Below, piece after piece: positions 27,946-32,000 of a DNA stretch of 32,000 bases. The stretch is taken from NCBI GenBank assembly GCA_003144275.1, contig NJBF01000025.1:30001-62000 (forward strand), given 5' to 3'. This DNA comes from Candidatus Heimdallarchaeota archaeon B3_Heim (GTDB taxonomy: Archaea > Asgardarchaeota > Heimdallarchaeia > Hodarchaeales > Hodarchaeaceae). The position numbers and the translations under genes are program-made. The stretch's first letter is position 1. Each line of letters starts with the position of its first letter. The notes beneath the pieces are model-generated. The model saw nothing but the letters and a program-made list of their open reading frames with translations, did no database searches and was not told where the DNA came from.

Positions 27946-28911
27946 TTGATGACAATGAAACCTAGATCAATCGTACTAACTATGTTGATTTGTGCCAGTA
28001 TTTTTGTTTTGATAGGGATTCCAATCCAGGCAAATCCATCAAATGAAACCTTAACTCTTCATGACATTGATGTTGCCGGTACAAAGCAGTCTTATTATTT
28101 GTATTTGCCCTCTAATCCGAAAGGAGCAGTATTAATAATCCCCAGTTATATTGCTAATCACGAAGAGTTATTAGATGGAAATAAATGGGGGGAACCCGAT
28201 CAGAGTATGGAGAACTCACCTATTGTGAAGGCTGCCAGAGAACATCAATTGGCGTTAGTTTTTGCTCAAGGTGCAAATAACGATTGGTATTCGCCATATA
28301 ATGGAGAAAAAAAGGTTCTTGCGTGTCTAAATGATGCGAATATTACTCTAAAATTATCCAGTGATTCATGGTTTATTTATGGATTTTCTATGGGAGGAGC
28401 TGGAGCGTTGACCATCTCTATCAGTCATCCAAAACTATTTAGTGGATTATATATTGGGGACGGGGTGATGAATTTTACCAATCAATTTATTATAGATTCT
28501 GTCACTGATCTTTCTGGATGGACTACTCCTAGTGAGTTTTTCCTGGATGCAAATCCCTATCGAAACATTGAAGTTTTTAGAGACAAAACAGTGTTTCTTG
28601 CGTCAGGAACCAATGCAGGTAACTTACTTAGTTGTGATAACTTCTCTCAAACTCTGGATTTGGCTAATATACGCCATTATTATTACCGAGAGAATGATTC
28701 TCATAATGTTTATTTACTGTTTAATTCAGTTAATCAAACATTTGATTTGTTCTCACATCACCTCGCAGGCACACTCGATCAATTCTATGAAGGATATACT
28801 TCTCCGTTGAAGACTAAATCAACAATTCCTTGGGGGGTAAATCCAATCATTACAGCCGTGATTTTCTTGGCGATAGGATGGATAGCAAAGAAAAGAAGAA
28901 ATAGATGCTGA
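27946..28911 (+). CDS. Secreted, C-terminally anchored alpha/beta hydrolase (putative esterase)
   Basis: N-terminal signal-like segment, nucleophile elbow GFSMGG, late His (DSHN), C-terminal hydrophobic helix plus basic tail KKRRNR. Start may be ATG 27949 or 27955. Confidence 0.85.
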   Translation: MMTMKPRSIVLTMLICASIFVLIGIPIQANPSNETLTLHDIDVAGTKQSYYLYLPSNPKGAVLIIPSYIANHEELLDGNKWGEPDQSMENSPIVKAAREHQLALVFAQGANNDWYSPYNGEKKVLACLNDANITLKLSSDSWFIYGFSMGGAGALTISISHPKLFSGLYIGDGVMNFTNQFIIDSVTDLSGWTTPSEFFLDANPYRNIEVFRDKTVFLASGTNAGNLLSCDNFSQTLDLANIRHYYYRENDSHNVYLLFNSVNQTFDLFSHHLAGTLDQFYEGYTSPLKTKSTIPWGVNPIITAVIFLAIGWIAKKRRNRC

Positions 28912-28979
28912 AAAATAACGGGATTTACTTATAATCCCAAATCATATGGTAAGAAATAAGCATTAATATTTTACTTCTA

Positions 28980-31334
28980 ATGCCCTTTGTAAAGGATTTT
29001 TCTTCCGAAGTTGATTCTATGGCAGTAGGTAAACGTTTAAAGCGGAAGGATGCTGACACCAAAGTAACAGGCGAAGCTCCATATGCATATGACATGTCTT
29101 TTGCAGATGAACATTATTTAGCAGTTATACGGAGTCCTTATGCCCATGCAAAGATAGTAAACATACAAATCGATTATAAAAAACTAGAATCCCTCAGTGT
29201 TGTGGCTGGGACTGCCAAAGATGTTCCTGGAAGGAATATTCTTCATGTCATCCATGATGACTGGCCTCTACTTGCTGAGAAAGTGGTTCGACATGTGGGA
29301 GAACCTGTGGTTATACTCGTAGCTGCAAGTTTGCCCCTAGCGGAAGAAGCAAGAAAATATGTCTCAATCGAATATAAAGAAATTCCTGCAGTTTTTGACC
29401 CCGTTGAAGCAAAAGATCATCCTACTATCCAAATATTTGAAGAAGATAATGTGTGCTCGTATTGGCAGCAAAAAAATGGTGACATCGAAAAAGGATTTAC
29501 AGAATCGGATATTGTAATCGAAAATGAATATAGAACCCCTGCTCAAGAGCATGCATACATCGAGACCCAAGGATGTATTGCAGTTCCACAGGGGCATGAT
29601 TCGATGACAGTATATGGGAGTATGCAGTGTCCATTCTATGTTCAACGATGTGTAGCTGAAATTCTTGGAATAGAATGGAGCAAAGTTAATATCATTCAAA
29701 CAACTACAGGGGGTGCATTTGGCGGAAAAGAAGATGTTCCCAATCAGATAGGAAGTCTTGCAGCGTTGGGAGCCTGGTTAGTCAGAAAACCAGTGAAATA
29801 TCTCCTTACTAGAGAAGAAGATATTGAAACAACATCTAAACGTCATCCAGCTGTTATACGGTATAAAACAGGTGTAACAAAACAGGGAGAGCTGAAAGCA
29901 ATCAAAGTGGAAGTTTTTTTGAATACAGGAGCCTATTCCACACTTGCACCCGCGGTTCTTTATCGTGCTGCACTGCATGCTGCTGGCCCTTACCGATGTG
30001 CTAATGTAGACGTTCAAGCATACGCTGTAACAACGAATCTCGTACCCTTTGGCGCGTTTCGGGGTTTTGGAAGCCCACAAGTAATTTTTCCAGGAGAGGA
30101 ACAAATGGATCGTGCGGCAGAGAGCATCGGTATGGATCCAAGTGAGTTTCGTGAGCTACACATTCTCAAAGTTGGAGATAAGACTACATTTGGTCAAGTT
30201 ATAGATCAATCGGTTGGTTTAGAACAGACTCTTCACAAAGCTCGGGAACAAAGTGGGTGGTATCAGAAACGAAAACCAACTCCAACAATAGCGCAAGTAC
30301 TAGAAGAACAGAAAAAAGGAAAGTTTCGACGAAAAGGAATGGGCATATCCACAATATTTTATGGATGTTTCTTGGGTGCAGCAGGGAAAATGATGTCAAG
30401 ATCAGGGGCCTATGTTCAAGTAGAACCTGATGGAAGTGTTCGGTTTGCAGTTGGAACAACCGAGATGGGACAAGGAATGATAACAGTTCTTTCCCAAATT
30501 GTAGCTGAAGAACTGGGGATCGAATATGAGAAAGTATATATGACTCCAGTTGATACAAGCAGGGTTCCAGACTCTGGACCTACGGTTGCTAGTCGTGCCA
30601 CGATCATGTCAGGGCGAGCACTCCAAGATGCGTGTAAACAATTACGTGCACTAATTTATGCGAAGGTTGCTCTTAAATATGAAGTAGATGCATCACAGCT
30701 TGAAATTAAAGAGTTTCATATCCAAGAGATTGCTACCCAGAAAAAAATTCTATCTATTTCAGATGCGATAAAACTGGTCTATCAAGAAAGGGGTCAAGTA
30801 GCTGTAGCTGGGTGGGATGTCGCTCCATCGACACATTATGATAATGAGAAAGGTCAGGGAGATGCATATTCAGCATATGCATGGTGTACGAATATTGTTG
30901 AGGTAGAAGTCGATTCACAAATAGGAACAGTGGATATATTAAATATTTGGGCTGCGCATGATGTGGGAAAGGCAATAAATCCGCAAACATTAGAAGGACA
31001 AATAGAAGGGGGAAGTTTACAAGGGTTAGGATACGGGAGGTATGAAGAAATTATATTTACGCCAGAGGGACGAGTGTTATCAAATAATTTAGGGACTTAT
31101 TTGATTCCAACAACAAAAGAAACCCCTAAAATTCATTCTATCATCGTAGAAGATCCGTGGTCGGGCGGTCCTTATGGTGCCAAAGGTATTGGCGAACAAC
31201 CACTTATGGGTATTGCTCCAGCTCTAACAAATGCCATAGCCAACGCAGTTGGGATAAGGCTCAATACTATTCCTGCAACACCTGAAAGGGTCTGGGCCGC
31301 AATTCAGGAGAAAATAGAGGAGGAAGAACAATGA
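28980..31334 (+). CDS. Xanthine dehydrogenase family molybdopterin-binding subunit
   Basis: KVTGEAPYAYD, QEHAYIETQ, GGAFGGK, GAFRGFGSPQ, EMGQG, GPTVASR, GQIEGG and GAKGIGE (catalytic Glu). Start may be ATG 29019. Confidence 0.96.
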   Translation: MPFVKDFSSEVDSMAVGKRLKRKDADTKVTGEAPYAYDMSFADEHYLAVIRSPYAHAKIVNIQIDYKKLESLSVVAGTAKDVPGRNILHVIHDDWPLLAEKVVRHVGEPVVILVAASLPLAEEARKYVSIEYKEIPAVFDPVEAKDHPTIQIFEEDNVCSYWQQKNGDIEKGFTESDIVIENEYRTPAQEHAYIETQGCIAVPQGHDSMTVYGSMQCPFYVQRCVAEILGIEWSKVNIIQTTTGGAFGGKEDVPNQIGSLAALGAWLVRKPVKYLLTREEDIETTSKRHPAVIRYKTGVTKQGELKAIKVEVFLNTGAYSTLAPAVLYRAALHAAGPYRCANVDVQAYAVTTNLVPFGAFRGFGSPQVIFPGEEQMDRAAESIGMDPSEFRELHILKVGDKTTFGQVIDQSVGLEQTLHKAREQSGWYQKRKPTPTIAQVLEEQKKGKFRRKGMGISTIFYGCFLGAAGKMMSRSGAYVQVEPDGSVRFAVGTTEMGQGMITVLSQIVAEELGIEYEKVYMTPVDTSRVPDSGPTVASRATIMSGRALQDACKQLRALIYAKVALKYEVDASQLEIKEFHIQEIATQKKILSISDAIKLVYQERGQVAVAGWDVAPSTHYDNEKGQGDAYSAYAWCTNIVEVEVDSQIGTVDILNIWAAHDVGKAINPQTLEGQIEGGSLQGLGYGRYEEIIFTPEGRVLSNNLGTYLIPTTKETPKIHSIIVEDPWSGGPYGAKGIGEQPLMGIAPALTNAIANAVGIRLNTIPATPERVWAAIQEKIEEEEQ

Positions 31335-31786
31335 ATATCGAAATTACGATTAACGGGAAATTAATCAAAAGGGAAGTTCCTGTCAATCGACGATTGCTAG
31401 ATTTTTTGAGGGATGATTTGGGCCTAAAAGGAACAAAGTATGGATGTGATCAAGGGGAATGTGGAGCATGTAGTATTATTCTAAATGATAAAATTGTGAC
31501 CTCTTGTATAATTCTTATGGCTCAAATTCCTCCAGACAGTACTGTACTAACGATTGAGGGAAAGGATCAAATCTTACAATTAATCCAAGAAAAATTCAAA
31601 GAATTTGGAGCTGCGCAGTGTGGAGCTTGTACCCCTGGTGTGATTATGGCTGCTACTTCTCTTCTCCATTTAAATCCGAAAGCTAACCAGGAGGAGATAG
31701 AAGAGGGTTTATGTGGAGTGTTATGTCGGTGTACTGGGTATACTAAGATTTATGATGCGATCAAGGAGGCTCAAAAACAGCTTTAG
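31331..31786 (+). CDS. (2Fe-2S)-binding subunit, CoxS/CutS family
   Basis: GTKYGCDQGECGACS, QCGACTPG and LCRCTGY; ATGA overlap with the Mo subunit gene. Confidence 0.96.
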   Translation: MNIEITINGKLIKREVPVNRRLLDFLRDDLGLKGTKYGCDQGECGACSIILNDKIVTSCIILMAQIPPDSTVLTIEGKDQILQLIQEKFKEFGAAQCGACTPGVIMAATSLLHLNPKANQEEIEEGLCGVLCRCTGYTKIYDAIKEAQKQL

Positions 31787-31794
31787 GTGGTACT

Positions 31795-32000
31795 ATGAAG
31801 AATTTCTTTAAACTAATCCAACAAGAGGTAAGTGCTGGTAGACCAGTATCCCTAGTAAGCGTTGTTGCTGTAAAAGGATCAGCACCTCAGCGAGTAGGAG
31901 CCAAAATGCTTGTTTCATCATCTGGTAAGCTATTGTGGGGCACAATTGGAGGAGGGACAGTTGAATCTTTAGCATTAAAACAGGCCAAAATTCAAATTGA
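31795..32000 (+). CDS. xdhC: XdhC/CoxI family molybdenum cofactor insertion chaperone, partial (runs off the right edge)
   Basis: Not in the ORF track; translated by hand: MKNFFKLIQQEVSAGRPVSLVSVVAVKGSAPQRVGAKMLVSSSGKLLWGTIGGGTVESLALKQAKIQI, with the GSAP..GAKM and GTIGGG motifs. Confidence 0.92.
   Translation, partial: MKNFFKLIQQEVSAGRPVSLVSVVAVKGSAPQRVGAKMLVSSSGKLLWGTIGGGTVESLALKQAKIQI

Noticed and set aside
687-30990. The remaining short ORFs in the track that lie antisense or out of frame within longer genes (e.g. 6158..6547, 10540..10839, 29364..29699, 30199..30558)
   Set aside because: Shadow ORFs of well-supported genes, with no motifs of their own.
28980-31334. Aerobic CO dehydrogenase large subunit (coxL)
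   Set aside because: The active-site loop is AFRGFG, not the form I AYxCSFR signature.
1-32000. CRISPR arrays, IS elements, integrases, tRNA and rRNA genes
   Set aside because: No regularly spaced repeats, transposase or recombinase motifs, or GC-rich structured RNA segments were seen by eye. A tRNAscan-SE/Infernal run would be needed to exclude small RNAs.

Overview
A 32 kb AT-rich, gene-dense chromosomal window. It reads as archaeal and most plausibly Asgard (Heimdallarchaeia-like). That assignment is an inference from GGTGA-type ribosome-binding sites, frequent TTG/GTG starts, archaeal-type families (TIGR00341/DUF389, DUF47, Lrp, TldD/TldE) and two proteins with PCI-like winged-helix segments. 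I found no rRNA, tRNA, CRISPR array or mobile element. Recognisable content: an endonuclease IV-like TIM barrel, an M24 peptidase broken by one in-frame TAA, a TPR protein, a DinB protein, an acyl-CoA dehydrogenase, a DUF389 membrane protein, an oxyanion-type ABC importer (fused double permease, two ATPases, DUF47, no binding protein in the operon), an Lrp regulator, TldD/TldE, a CPBP protease, a heterodimeric ABC exporter, a membrane-anchored alpha/beta hydrolase, and a xanthine dehydrogenase-family cluster (Mo subunit, 2Fe-2S subunit, XdhC running off the end). The most unusual items are uncharacterised proteins: (i) a 771 aa apparent fusion of a degenerate CofD-like fold, an acidic linker, a helical region and a C-terminal PCI-like winged helix; (ii) a 585 aa protein with an internal MinD-type membrane-targeting helix and a possible Roadblock-like domain; (iii) a stand-alone C2-like domain gene coupled to a membrane protein gene; (iv) a small secreted Asp/Arg-repeat, Cys-rich peptide between a CPBP protease and an ABC exporter. 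All domain calls are motif recognition by eye and need HMM or structure confirmation.
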